The notes below the pieces were generated by a model. That model did not search any database. It worked only from the letters and a program-made list of their open reading frames with translations, and was not told the origin of the DNA. From assembly GCF_035084215.1 (NCBI RefSeq), contig NC_090326.1, positions 27,032,001 to 27,096,000 on the forward strand: a DNA stretch of 64,000 bases, read 5' to 3'. A program made the position numbers and the translations under genes. This document shows positions 12,191-24,559 of the stretch, in pieces (the stretch's first letter is position 1; every line of letters begins with the position of its first letter). The DNA comes from Heptranchias perlo. Lineage: Eukaryota.

Positions 12191-12827
12191 ACATTATGAA
12201 AAGATCTTGATATAAATAGTGATTTTAAATGGGAACTAGGTAATTATTGTCGGCCATAGATAGGTTCTAGTGAAATTGCTGGAGTTGAATTCATTCCGAT
12301 TCAATTGAAGCAAGGTCACAGGTGAGTGAACAACATTGAGGAGTAAAATGAACCCAAACACACAGGAAGGTTTGGTTGTCTTTGTGGGTGAGGGTGAGAA
12401 GAATTCATGTTTTGTGGATTGGGTCAATGGGCCCAAAAATTTACTTTCTTCATTGCGTGACATGAGGAATTAGGATGATGAGTCTGAAGACTAAAGTTCA
12501 TGTTTAAAAGCTTAAATTAATGATGAACCTAAAAATGTGAACACTGTGCATGAAGGTGTCTGCCTCTCCTAGTGGACCCGCAATAATGGGTGTTCCAGAA
12601 TGTCTCCATTTACTTTAATGGGGACCAACACTTCAGATTGACCTGGGAGCCAATGCAACCTGGAGCAACCCAATATTGGGAAAACACCCCAACAGGTGTG
12701 TACTGCGGCATACTTAGTCAATCATGTACTTTGCCAGATTTGGAGGCTCCAGATCATCTCCCAGGCCGGTGCGAAGTATCGGCCCCACTGAAATGAATGG
12801 AGCCATGCCAGGAAACAAAATAATTAC

Positions 12828-12956
12828 CTCCCTGTCACTAATATTACCAGAACAACCCAGCAGAGGCGAGCAACCTATCGTGATTGGTCTCGGCCAGGCA
12901 GCGGACCCAATGGTATTTTTTGATAGATCGCAAATATATCTGTTTCCATATTTCTT
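12828..12956 (-). CDS. Predicted coding exon 2 (phase 0 to 0; KKYGNRYICDLSKNTIGSAAWPRPITIGCSPLLGCSGNISDRE)
   Basis: Strong acceptor cctgtttttttctttgtctag|A, donor GAG|gtaatt, 129 nt open in phase 0; NIS sequon. Confidence 0.8.
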
Positions 12957-14689
12957 CTAGACAAAGAAAAAAACAGGGGAGTATTTTGAATAGGCAGTAC
13001 ATCCCCTATACTTTGCTTCAATTTTAAGTAAGTATTAGTGCAGATTATGGTTGAAGTACCTTTTAAAATGATGAAATGCACTGGTCGTCAACTTTAGAAC
13101 TACATTCAGAATACTGGGGTAGATTTTAAACTTGCTGCCCAGGTATAAAACTGGAAAAGAAGATTGGGCAGGGTGTAAAACGGGCTGTCCATTCACTAGC
13201 TCCCATTTTCCATTACTGCCCAAGACAAATCTCAATGCCTCCCCTCCCCCACCCCCCGACTCAATATATAGCGCTAATGAAATTAATAGAACTCAAAGCC
13301 TTACTGTATTCATCTGCATGTACCATAAGCCAAGAATTAGGTAAACGTTCCTGAATGCACAAACCATTATTTTTCATAAACCATTTCATAAATAAGTGTC
13401 TTGTGAGTCACTGTACCTTAAAGGCACTGCCCCTTTAAGGTCGAGAACCAGCAGCATACCATTTGGTGACATCACCATTTTGCTGTGACCCCCATAAGCA
13501 TGAAGTGGAAATTTCATTCAATTCCCACAGTCTCAGGACCACACAAGCGTTGCAATATGAATTACATTATAAGTTTTTAATGTGCATTGTATTATGAGTG
13601 GCAGTAACTAGAGACTGCATTTGGTACCATAAACAATAAGTGTCTGATACATGAAAGAATTTTAAGATTTCACATATGTCTATCAAAATGCCTTCCAAAC
13701 CAAACACACTGTCCTTAAGTTCTGCACCATCTGCGAATCAGGATTCCAGTTATGGAAAAAAAGGAGTATGGAATCTCTTGTTAATCATAATTACTTCTGT
13801 AAACAATTACTGCACAAGGTTGTGACACTGTTCTTCTCTGGGTCAGGCCCAAAACTGTAGCTATTGATCCAAAGCCATTATAAAGTCTGAAAATGTCAGT
13901 GTCCAGGTCCCACTGCGGCTTTTATTTAAAACACAGAATGCTCTCCTTCCATGTCCCACCAGCACTAATTCATTTTAGGTTCTCTCTTCCCCGCCACCCC
14001 CCCACTCCCAACTTTTCCAATTTTCCTCCCCCTCCCCAGCAAGAGCCAACTCGTGCTGTAGCAGACTCCAGCAGCCCTCTGATATAACCCCCAAGTAGTC
14101 ATTAGTACCAGAAGATGGTCATACCATGGAGGAGCCATCTCCAGTTCTCAGCCAACAACCTCAGGTCACACTTTTTAGCAGTGGCAGCAAAATATCAAAG
14201 AGTGGGAACCCTGACCAGTTCTGTCCCTTACTAGCCCAAGGGGTGGTGGAGCTGAAGCCAGTTCTAACACTTCCCACCAGCAACTTGAAGTCGGCACTCC
14301 CAGCACAGAGAGCATACTGGACCTTCCTTATCTATGCAGCTCAGTATGACATCTTGCCATGCACTTACAAATTGGGCCATTGGGAGAAGCTATTTGTTTT
14401 TGAATCATTTAAATTTGTATGCAATAATAATAATTTTTTAAAACTTCATTTCACAACGGGAGGTTGCTTTCTTCCCAAAAAGCAACCACCAACTTCTCGA
14501 AGGGAGATAATTGACAGAGTTTTGTCACCAGATGACGATGTCAAGGTGCCAGCTACTCTTGGCTGAGACCCAGGGAAAACTAGGCGGTCCGTGCCTTCGA
14601 AATACTTATCCAGGGACTTTCAATCAGTAGAGTGCAGGGTGACCACCAACATGCAGAAATAAGACTTCTTCTGCTTAATTGCTAGCGCG

Positions 14690-14730
14690 CACACACACTC
14701 ACACACACGCACACACACACACACACACAC
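14690..14730. repeat. (CA)n microsatellite
   Basis: Direct observation. Confidence 0.95.
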
Positions 14731-14943
14731 TGATGTTTTTCATGCGTTTCATCCAGTAGTCACTGGCACACCGACATCATCATCTGATGACAGTGTGCTG
14801 TGAAGAATCGTGCCAAGGCTCTCGAAGATGCAATTAATGAAGTGCAAAATATCTACTTGGAAATGTTTTAGCTCTTGAGATGCTCCATCAACAAGCAACC
14901 CACTTCTCAAAAAGTAATTGCCCTGCAGTACCTATAACCCATC

Positions 14944-15106
14944 GGGGAGTAATTTTGACTTTGGGCGATAGTGTAAAACGAGCAGTATCGGCCTGTTATT
15001 TCAGACGCCTGTTATACATCATTCCCAATTTTCATTTTCATTGAAGTTGGACGGCTGAATCAAGATCGTCTGTTTCACACCATCACCCAAAGTCAAAATT
15101 ATCCCC
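14944..15106. mobile_element. Short palindromic MITE, same family as 398-556
   Basis: TIRs TAATTTTGACTTTGGGCGATAGTGTAAAAC / CACCCAAAGTCAAAATTATCCCC. Confidence 0.75.
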
Positions 15107-15499
15107 ACTGTTCTGCCGTTCTTTCGCCGAATGGTTTAATTCACCCAAAGTTAAAGGAATCACATCGGTTTTAAATTCCTCAACTTGATAGATTTATCAA
15201 AATTAGACCTCTGTTAAAAAGTAGAAGAATCTGCAAGAAATTGCTAACAAATTATTCGTCTTGTCATTAGCACTTTGATGATTGCTACAATTCTAAAGAT
15301 GGATTAACGAACCTTTAGTGAAAAAGACAGGAGAAAAGAGTCAATGCGGAAGCCATGCAGCATTCCACCACTGCATAGTTCAACTTGAAACGTGGGTGTT
15401 TTATTGCCAGTTACGACTCGTACTTACCTAAATGTTTACAGCTGCAACCGAAACATAAACAGCTATCACTGCCAACAGTGCTCGCACAGGCTCCAGCGC

Positions 15500-15714
15500 A
15501 GCCTAACCTGCTGATAGAACTCTGCCCACCCCCACCCCATGCTCATTGGCCTCCATGCCTGTCCGTCAAATCTTTGCCTCCTCTCATTGGTGCATCGGTG
15601 CTGCTCATCAACTCTACTTCCTTTTTTTCCTCCCGGATTGTTCACAGCAGCGTCCGGGAGATCTCCCCTCAATTCAGGGAGACTCCGGGATAATCCAGGA
15701 GGGTTGGCAACCCT
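15500..15714 (-). mobile_element. Degenerate hAT-type MITE
   Basis: Ends GGATAATCCAGGAGGGTTGGCAACCCT, the reverse complement of the start of the element at 16500; the other end is eroded. Confidence 0.6.
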
Positions 15715-16011
15715 GCCTTCGCCTCCCATTGGTTTTCAACACTTTATCGGTGCATTTGAGAAGCATTTTAGAGATCGAGGCAAAAACATTTTCTCACTGC
15801 GCACTTTTGAGCTGTTCCTTCCCATCTCCGTAGCAACCCATAAGGCCCTGCTTATCTGAAATCAACTTTTAAAATGTTAACTAGTTATTTTAGCTTTTCT
15901 CGCAGCAGACAGACAAAATGCTGCAATTTTCCTGTGACACATTAATTCACTCCAGCACCCTCTGAATTATTTCTCCGCATCATTCACTGTATCGATTACA
16001 TCAGCTTCAGT

Positions 16012-16155
16012 AACAACAACAACTTGCATTTATATAGCACCTTTAACGTAGTAAAATGTCCCAAGGCGCTTCACAGGAGCGTTTGACACCGAGCCACATA
16101 AGGATACATTAGGACAGGTGATCAAAAGCTTAGTCAAAGAGGTAGGTTTTAAGGA
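16012..16155 (-). mobile_element. L2 3' tail fragment
   Basis: (CAA)n CTTGCATTTATATAGCACCTTTAACG, as at 6530. Confidence 0.8.
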
Positions 16156-16499
16156 AGATGTAGTCAGGTTTCAGAGGTGTAGCTTAAGATTTCAAACTCT
16201 GTCACCTAAAAGCAAAATAAAAATTACTCAAAATTGTGGTCAGGGGGCTTATTACATTTAAATGTAAAAACGTCCTTAATTTTATATACGAGGTATACGC
16301 ACAAGAAACATTTTGTAATAATTATAGAAATAAATGAATTTTCATTAAAGAGAAGTGAAAGTCTAGGAGGATTACCTTTTGTTGTAGTATTCCCCATTTG
16401 ATTGAAAAAAAATAATAGCCCGAGCAGTTTTTTTTTATTCAGTAAAAACATCAAGAATTCTGTATCCTCAGCCCATCAGGTGGCTTCTAGGTGTCAGAC

Positions 16500-18433
16500 T
16501 AGGGTTGCCAACCCTCCAGGATTGTCCTGGACAATCCAGAAATTAAAGATTAATCTCCTGGACACTCCTGCGAGCAATCCAGGAGAAAAATCATCGGAGC
16601 AGTAAAACAAATTGTATGCTTTTTCATTTTCTTTCAACACTTACATTTATTAGTTATAAAACTATTGGAGATGGATGTTAGGGAACTTGGGAAAATAAAT
16701 AGTGATGTACATATTACAGAGAGGGGGTGCTGGAAGTCTTAACGCGCATCAAGGTAGATAAATCTCCGGGACCTGATGAAATGTATCCCAGGACGTTATG
16801 GGAGGTTAGGGAGGAAATTGCGGGTCCCCTAGCAGAGATATTTAAATCATCGACAGCTACAGGTGAGGTGCCTGAAGATTGGAGGGTAGCAAATGTTGTG
16901 CCTTTGTTTAAGAAGGGCGGCAGGGAAAAGCCTGGGAACTACAGACCGGTGAGCCTGACATCTGTAGTGGGTAAGTTGTTAGAGGGTATTCTGAGAGACA
17001 GGATCTACAGGCATTTGGAGAGGCAGGGACTGATTAGGAACAGTCAGCATGGTTTTGTGAGAGGAAAATCATGTCTCACGAATTTGATTGAGTTTTTTGA
17101 AGGGGTAACCAAGAAGATAGATGAGGGCTGTGCAGTAGACGTGGTCTACATGGACTTTAGCAAAGCCTTTGACAAGGTACCGCATGGTAGGTTGTTAGAT
17201 AAGGTTAAATCTCACGGGATCCAAGGTGAGGTAGCCAATTGGATACAAAATTGGCTTGACGACAGAAGACAGAGGGTGGTTGTAGAGGGTTGTTTTTCAA
17301 ACTGGAGGCCTGTGACCAGCGGTGTGCCTCAGGGATCGGTGCTGGGTCCGCTGTTACTTGTTATTTATATTAATGATTTGGATGAGAATTTAGGAGGCAT
17401 GGTTAGTAAGTTTGCAGATGACATCAAGATTGGTGGCATTGTGGACAGTGAAGAAGGTTATCTCGGATTGCAACGGGATCTTGATAAATTGGGCCAGTGG
17501 GCCGATGAATGGCAGATGGAGTTTAATTTAGATAAATGTGAGGTGATACATTTTGGTAGATCGAATCGGGCCAGGACCTACTCCGTTAATGGTAGGGTGT
17601 TGGGGAGAGTTATAGAACAAAGAGATCTGGGAGTACAGGTTCATAGCTCCTTGAAAGTGGAGTCACAGGTGGATAGGGTGGTGAAGAAGGCATTCGGCAT
17701 GCTTGGTTTCATTGGTCAGAACATTGAATACAGGAGTTGGGATGTCTTGTTGAAGTTGTACAAGACATCAGTAAGGCCACACTTGGAATACTGTGTACAG
17801 TTCTGGTCACCCTATTATTGAAAGGATATTATTAAACTAGAAAGAGTGCAGAAAAGATTTACTAGGATGCTACCGGGACTTGATGGTTTGACTTATAGGG
17901 AGAGGTTGGATAGACTGAGACTTTTTTCCCTGGAGAGTAGGAAGTTTAGGGGTGATCTTATAGAAGTCTATAAAATAATGAGGGGCATAGATAAGGTAGA
18001 TAGTCAAAATCTTTTCCCAAAGGTAGGGGAGTCTATAACGAGAGGGCATAGATTTAAGGTGAGAGGGGAGAGATACAAAGGGTCCAGAGGGGCAATTTTT
18101 TCACTCAAAGGGTGGTGAGTGTCTGGAACGAGCTGCCAGAGGCAGTAGTAGAGGCGGGTACAATTTTGTCTTTTAAAAAGCATTTGGACAGTTACATGGG
18201 TAAGATGGGTATAGAGGGATATGGGCCAAGTGCAGGCAATTGGGACTAGCTTAGTGGTATAAACTGGGCGACATGGACATGTTGGGCCGAAGGGCCTGTT
18301 TCCATGTTGTAAACTTCTATGATTCTATGATTCTATGGGGGAGAAAAGGCTGTTTGAGTGGTGGGGCGGTTGGAGGTGGGAGGTCATGTGATGAAATCTC
18401 CAGGAATACATCCAACCAGAGCTGGCAAACCTA
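16500..18433 (+). mobile_element. Non-autonomous hAT-type MITE containing a CR1 insertion
   Basis: TIRs TAGGGTTGCCAAC...GCTGGCAAACCTA; perfect 8-bp TSD TGTCAGAC at 16492-16499 and 18434-18441. Confidence 0.88.
16670..18336 (+). mobile_element. 5'-truncated CR1 LINE with a nearly intact RT domain
   Basis: ORF 16727-17821: [39 protein letters not shown]; tail (TTCTATGA)n. Confidence 0.97.
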
Positions 18434-19139
18434 TGTCAGACACCACTAAAGTGGCCAAGCAGAAAAGGAGATCCCACTCGAGGGCGTCCAGGCCAAAAAA
18501 AAATTCAGGCTATTATTTTATTCCATAAAATGGGGGAAATACTTTGAACAAAAAACATCCTCCCCAAACATGCCTTTCACTTTAATATCAGCTTTATGCC
18601 TGAGGAATCGGTCATGTTTCTTTTCTGTCAGCTGTTTTAATTGTTTCTGATCATATTTTTTGATGGGGTTGGATTATTTTTGAAAGGGGGTAATCTTACT
18701 GAAATATTTACAATACAGGCCAAGTCATGCCTGCAAATAACCATTACATCATATCGCCCATATCTCTTTAGCTGTTCACTGGTCCAGTCATGTTTTCAGA
18801 AGTGAATTTCACTGCACTTAGATCATCGCTTTCACAAAAGGGTTAATTAGTCCATGACCTTTTGAAATACCTTCCCTGATAGAGTGAGAGTGTTTTCTCT
18901 ATATTCTAATATAGAATAAAACAAAGGCAAATGGTTCAAGCTACAGTGCTCGGTAAAAGATGCAGCGACAGTGTTTTAATACTGAATATATAGCAAGTCA
19001 ATTAGAGGTGGTAAATTCAGATAAGAATGCAAGGATAAAGGAAATCAGTAGGACCCATGAAGTGAGATTTCAACTCTTCTGCATTTCTACTGTGTTACGA
19101 ATTGCACCCAATTTGAAAAATAGTTCCTTACCATTCAAT

Positions 19140-19360
19140 CCTAACATAGTAGAAATCTGGAACTCTTTCCCCCAAATGGCTGTGAATGCTGGGGCAATTG
19201 GAGCTTTCAAGACTGAGATTGATAGATTTTTGTTGGGTAAGGGTATCAAGGGATAGGGAGCAAAGGTGCATCAATGGAATTGAGGTGCATATCGACCATG
19301 ATCTAATTGAATGGCGGAGCAGGCCCAAGGGGCTGAATGGCCTACTCCTGTTCCTAATGT
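19140..19360 (+). mobile_element. CR1 3' end
   Basis: VEIWNSFPQ.AV.AG.I..FKTEIDRFL; 3' UTR GGCCTACTCCTG. Confidence 0.85.
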
Positions 19361-19716
19361 AACTACGTTACTACACAGAGTATGAGAAAAGACTGATCAT
19401 AGTGTCGGAGCACTGCACAGAACACTCAACAGATTGTTAATAAGGTGTCGTCCCACAGCTGAGTTCTGCTTCAATTCAAAAGTTGCTACATGAATATGCA
19501 GAGGCTATATTCACTTTCACATACGTGCGCTTAGTCATAAAATACTTGACCATTTACAGGTGGTCAACACTTGGCAGTCTGGCCTCCACATTATAGCATG
19601 GCGGATATTTCCTGCATACAAGGTAATGTTAACTGCAAAGAACACCCGATTAAAACAAAATGACTTGCTGCCATCTTAGTTAAGGATACTGCATCAGGCT
19701 TCAGGAGCTTTTGTAA

Positions 19717-19946
19717 GTGTCAGCTTGGCCGTGGTTTTAGCACTCTTGCTTCTGAGTCAAGTGGTCACAGGTTCAAGCCACACTCCTAGAATAGAGCACA
19801 AAATTCACACTATCATTTCAGTGCAGTACTGAGGGAGTACTGCATTGTTGGAGGCAATGTCCTTCAGATGACAGGTTAAACCCAAGATGCTGTCCGTCTG
19901 CTCATTCAAGTGGATCGTAACCATTCCTGGCACTACTCAAAGAAGT
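19717..19946 (+). mobile_element. DeuSINE 5' half, diverged
   Basis: GGTTCAAGCC B-box and CAGTGCAGTACTGAGGGAGT core. Confidence 0.75.
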
Positions 19947-19959
19947 AGTACAGAACAGA

Positions 19960-20220
19960 TTTTTTTTTTAATATTCATTCTTGGGATTTAGGCCTCGCTG
20001 GCAAGGCCGGCATTTATTACCCATCTCTAGTTACCCTGAGAAGGTGGTGGTGAGCCGCCTTCTTGAACCGCTGCAGTCCATGTGGTGAAGGTTCTCCCAC
20101 AGCGCTGTTAGGTAGGGTGTCCCAGGATTTTGACCCAGCGATAATGAAGGAATGGCGATATATTTCCAAGTCGGGATAGTGTGTGAGTTGAAGGTGAACT
20201 TGGAGGTGATGGTCATTGCT
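19960..20220 (-). mobile_element. 3' end of the CR1-group LINE family seen at 44662-47885
   Basis: THYPDLEIYRHSFIIAGSKSWDTLP; GAATGAAT plus A-tail. Confidence 0.85.
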
Positions 20221-20771
20221 GTTTCTGGAACCTTTTTTTTTCTTGCACAAAATGGCTGCCTATGTAACAAAGTGCTTCAAAGTATTTCACAAATGTCAAT
20301 ATTTGTTAATCCAGGTGTGGCATATACAATAGTACTAGTAACAGCAGCAGAGAAAATCTGATTTACAGACGTTATTGCATGTACATTATGGTTAGCTTTT
20401 TAAAAAAAAAACAGCACCTGAAATACTTTGCTTAGGAATCACACATCACAAAGTCTGTTCTTTCATGGAGTGTTTTGAGACATTTCCACAAGACGTGATT
20501 TGGTACAATAGAAATGTTACCCTTTCTTCAAATCTGCAACTGTGCAATGCAGCCTTAAATATATGTGGCGGTTTTATATCACACTCCTATTCTGCTGAAA
20601 AACGAATTAGGCAACTTCAAATGTTAGCATTCAAAAAATATACTACATCAAAATAGTTTGATCGGGCTGCCTGTACCAACCATTAGCATCTTTATCTGTG
20701 CTGCATGACAAAGCATTCTTGATGAGACAAGTCAAGACTGCGATGAACAGCCCGATAGCAACAGTCCCTTG

Positions 20772-20823
20772 GTTTTCAAATAAAACTGTTGGACTATAAC
20801 CTGGTGTTGTAAGACTCCTTACA
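20772..20823 (+). mobile_element. Short terminal fragment of a Penelope-like element
   Basis: CAAATAAAACTGTTGGACTATAACCTGGTGTTGTAAGA.TCCTTACA is nearly identical to 63632-63678. Confidence 0.75.
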
Positions 20824-21169
20824 CTTCTCTCTGCTGACGTTCCAACTACTGCAATTGCATCTGCCACACCTGGATCAACAAACTTTGGCATCTGTATCAG
20901 TTAAGTGACCCATTAGTCATTTTGAGAAACACAGAGGGTCCGCTGTTGTACATGTGCTGTGATTGGCTCTTTTTAGTTACTTTTCTATTGCCACAAATGT
21001 TTTTCTTAGGAATTGCACGTCACATAACATCATCTGCTCTTTCGTCTTCATTACCAGTTTGTGACTATCAAAATAAAAAGCAAGCCTATCTCAGCTCTTT
21101 TTCCGGGAAAAGAAGAATGTCAGCTTCTTAGTTCTTATCGTGAAGATGATACAATGAAGGTAAAGAGTC

Positions 21170-21470
21170 AGCCCATAAGCTCAGTGCGTAAATGCTCCGT
21201 TGTGTGATACTAGACCTCACAAACCTGGAAGGCCTAAGATTCAATCCTTGAATCTATGTTGAGTTAGTTGGATCACTGTGTGAACACTAAATTTGCCCTC
21301 AGTGCCCCTGGGCTAGGGAGGGGGGGAAAGCAATTTGACTCAGGTCCCTGTTCCCAGCCGCTGCTGGAAAGTGCGCGTGTATGGATGTTAGCTGAAGGAA
21401 AGATCAAGCTTGGTGATGATTGCAATGCCCCCTCCAGTCAAATAGCCAATGTCACTCATTGTTTAGGCTC
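21170..21470 (+). mobile_element. tRNA-derived SINE, second family, diverged
   Basis: AGCTCAGTG A-box, GATTCAATCC B-box-like, CCTCAGTGCCCCTGGGCTAGGGAGG; similar to 1125-1400. Confidence 0.55.
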
Positions 21471-21472
21471 CG

Positions 21473-21825
21473 AGAATCATAAAATCTTACAGCACAGAAG
21501 GAGGCCATTCGGCCTATCGTGCCAATGCTAGCTCTTTGAAAGAGCTATCCAATTTAGATTCACACCCCATTTTTCCCCATAATCCTACAAATTAGTCCTC
21601 TTCAAGTGCATGTCCAATTGCCTTTTGAAAGTTCCTATAGAATCTGCTTCCACCACCCTTTCAGGTAATGAGTTCCAGATCTTAACAACCTTCTTTGTGA
21701 AAAAATTTCTCCTCATTTCTCCTCTTGTTCTTGTGCCAATTATTTTAAATCTATGGCCTTTGGTTACCGACCCACTTACAAGAGGAAACAGTTTCTCCCT
21801 ACTTGCTCTATCAAAACCTACATGA
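21473..21825 (-). mobile_element. CR1 3' end
   Basis: GFDRASREKLFPL..GHRFKI..RRNFFTKKVVKIWNSLPERVVEA. Confidence 0.88.
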
Positions 21826-21889
21826 ATAATTACACTTCGTACCAGAGGATAAGTGCTGACCAGATACCAGAATGAGTCATCACATTCCA

Positions 21890-22170
21890 GACACGTAATC
21901 TCCACCACTGAGAAGGTCAAGGGCAGCAGGTGCATGGGAACACCATCACCTCCAAGTTCCCCTCCAAGTCACACACCATCCCGACTTGGAAATATATCAC
22001 CGTTCCATCATCATCGCTGGGTCTAAATCCTGGAACCCCCAACCTAACAGCGCTGTGGGAGAACCTTCACCACACAAACTGCAGTGGTTCAAGAAGGCGG
22101 CTCACCACCACCTTCTCAAGGGCAATTAGGGATAAGCAATAAATGCTGGCCTTATCCCCAGAATGAATTA
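21890..22170 (+). mobile_element. 3' end of the CR1-group LINE family seen at 44662-47885
   Basis: CCCTCCAAGTCACACACCATCCCGACTTGGAAATATATC...GCAATAAATGCTGGCC. Confidence 0.85.
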
Positions 22171-22934
22171 AAGAAAAGAAAGGAGGAAAAGAAATTGGAA
22201 ATGATGAAGGAGCTTGATAACATGTTCAGTCTTAAAGGACCGTTGTTAACAAAGGAAAGCATTTGGCAATCACATTAACATAGAACCATTATTGTATACA
22301 ACACAGGAGACATCCGGCTCTTTTTTAGAACAATCCAATTATAATCCCACTACCCTGCTCTCTCTCTCCATTGTCCTGTACCTGGCTCGCCTTTCAGTAT
22401 TAATTCATTTTTCCTTTAAACAGTGCAATAGTCTCTACCTCAACTACAAAGCATTCCACGCTCCAACAACTGTCTTCTCAAAGAAAATTCTCCCAATCTC
22501 TCTCCTCACTCTTCTTGTGATGATTTTAAATTGATGACACCTCACCATCAAAGAAAAAATGACACACAGCTCTTTTGGCTTTACTGCCTTCCCAATACAG
22601 TGACAGCCTCCCTCTACACCTATAAACAGAAATCACACGGAATTCTCCTTTAAAATATCTATGCCAATTAATATTGCTATTGGCCTGCTACTTAAGGGGG
22701 TTGAGCTTTCCAAGGATCAGGTCCCTGCCTTGAATACCAAAAAATGATAATCACCAGCTAAACAGCAGCAAACCATGGCTGCTTTAAGTGAGCCTAATGC
22801 TAACGCCATTAGTGGCTTGATTCCTGCAGCATGCTAAATCTTCCAGATGTGGCTACAGCTGCACCCAGTTGTACAAGAGACGCCTCCTGACTGGAAATAA
22901 AGAGCATCTGTGCCCCGAGTGCATGTGACCTCAC

Positions 22935-23054
22935 CTCACATTCGTAGGGTCCTTCACAAGCAGTGCTTGCCAGCGAAGCAAGAAAAATCAATCTCCAAAA
23001 TCGAAGGCTTGAAGGGAACCTCCACCTTAAGGCCACGCACAGGCGTCTATTCAT
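22935..23054 (-). CDS. Predicted first coding exon with signal peptide (MNRRLCVALRWRFPSSLRFWRLIFLASLASTACEGPYECE)
   Basis: ATG in caaaATG context (A at -3) after an in-frame stop, basic n-region plus hydrophobic LIFLASLA, donor GAG|gtgagg, phase 0 matching exon 2. Confidence 0.68.
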
Positions 23055-24139
23055 TTTGAAAATGGCATCTCCACATGGGTGGAGTTTAAAGAGAAAATTT
23101 TAAACTGTAGTTAATCTCACTACAAGATGGTTGGCCTTCCGCGAAGAGTGACTTTAAACAGGACACACCGACCCCTTTTACACTGTTGAAAGCACAGAGC
23201 AGCGGAGTTGGGAGAAAAAAACTAAAAGGTAAAAGGAAGAAGTGGAATGTTCTCAACAGAGGCCCTGATTAGAAAACCAGTCACCTCAAGGTGAGGCTTA
23301 AAGAGAGAACAAGGTGGTTTTTTAAACTTGTGGAGCAAGTGTGGTTTGAAAAGCTTTTAATCTTTGGTGTGCTCCTCTAATGAGCAAACACAATATTTAT
23401 CATTTTCCAAATTCTTGTTTTTTTAAATTTATTTTGCCCTTTAAAATGGAGTATCACGATAACATCCCCTTTTAAAACACAAAAAAATAAAGGTTTGTCA
23501 CAAACTTCCTATCTTTCAACAGTTGCTTTGTAGAATTTTGTTTAAACAGTGTGTGCTGATGATGATATCAGGGGAACAGCCTTGTATCCATCTCGTAGTT
23601 GCACATCTTATGGAAACGAGGCAAGTCTCTGTTCCTAGAACAACCAACTCAGGGTCCTCGATTTTAACCCTCTGCCCCCCACCCTCCACACACCCTCCAC
23701 CCCCAACCCCCCAGACGGGCAGGAATTGGTCCGATGAGGGGTTAAAATCTTGAAAATCAAAATCCCGCCTCCAAACCACCACATTCCCGGCCGCCGTAAT
23801 ATTAACGGTGATGATTCAGGCCATCGACAAGACTAAAAACTGTGGCAAGCCAAACTGGATAATAAGGGAGACGGAGAATTCATGGTCATGAACATTATAT
23901 CTGCAGTGGTATAGACTTTAACCATGGAGGTTTTTGTCTTTCTATAATGTTCATTTGATTTTTGGAAAATTAAAATACAAAATAATAAGTTGTTGCAGGA
24001 GACCAACGGACTCCCAGGGAAACAGCGTCAGTGGCTGAATGTGACCCTTTACTCCATTACTCTGGGTTCTTCATCAGTCTCTTGCCCGGAGATCTCCAGT
24101 TACAAAGAGGTGACTTAGGTGACTCCAAGGATTTGGTTT

Positions 24140-24545
24140 TAAAAGTCTGAGGATCTGAGGGGTGACCTAATAGAGTTCTTTAAAATTATGAAGGGGTTTG
24201 ATAGGGTAAACGTGGAGAAGATGTTTCCACTTGTGGGGGAGTCCAAAACTAGGGGTCGTTAATATAAGAGAGTCACTAATAAATCCAATAGGGAACTCAG
24301 AAGAAAGTTCTTTACCGAGAGAGTGGTGAGAATGTAGAACTCGCTACCACAGGGAGTAGTTGAGGTGAATAGCATCAATGTATTTAAGGGGAAGCTAGAT
24401 AAACATACGAGGGAGAAAGGAATAGAAGGATATGCTGATAGGGTGAGATGAACCAGGGTGGGAGGAGGCTCATGTGGAGCATAAACACTGGCATAGACGA
24501 GTTGGGCCGAATGGCCTGTTTCTGTGCTATAAATACTATGTAAAG
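24140..24545 (+). mobile_element. CR1 3' end, same subfamily as 56730-57380
   Basis: LRGDLIEFFKIMKGFDRV; 3' UTR TTGGGCCGAATGGCCTGTTTCTGTGCT. Confidence 0.88.
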
Positions 24546-24559
24546 GTCATAGGAGGAAG

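Noticed and set aside
14750-14932. Minus-strand open stretch VLQGNYFLRSGLLVDG... as an extra exon
   Set aside because: Weak acceptor abutting a MITE, no convincing donor, and it would break the exon 1-2 phase chain.
15421-15500. Consensus AG|gtaagt donor on the minus strand in intron 1
   Set aside because: No matching acceptor or compatible coding frame; it lies next to a decayed MITE.
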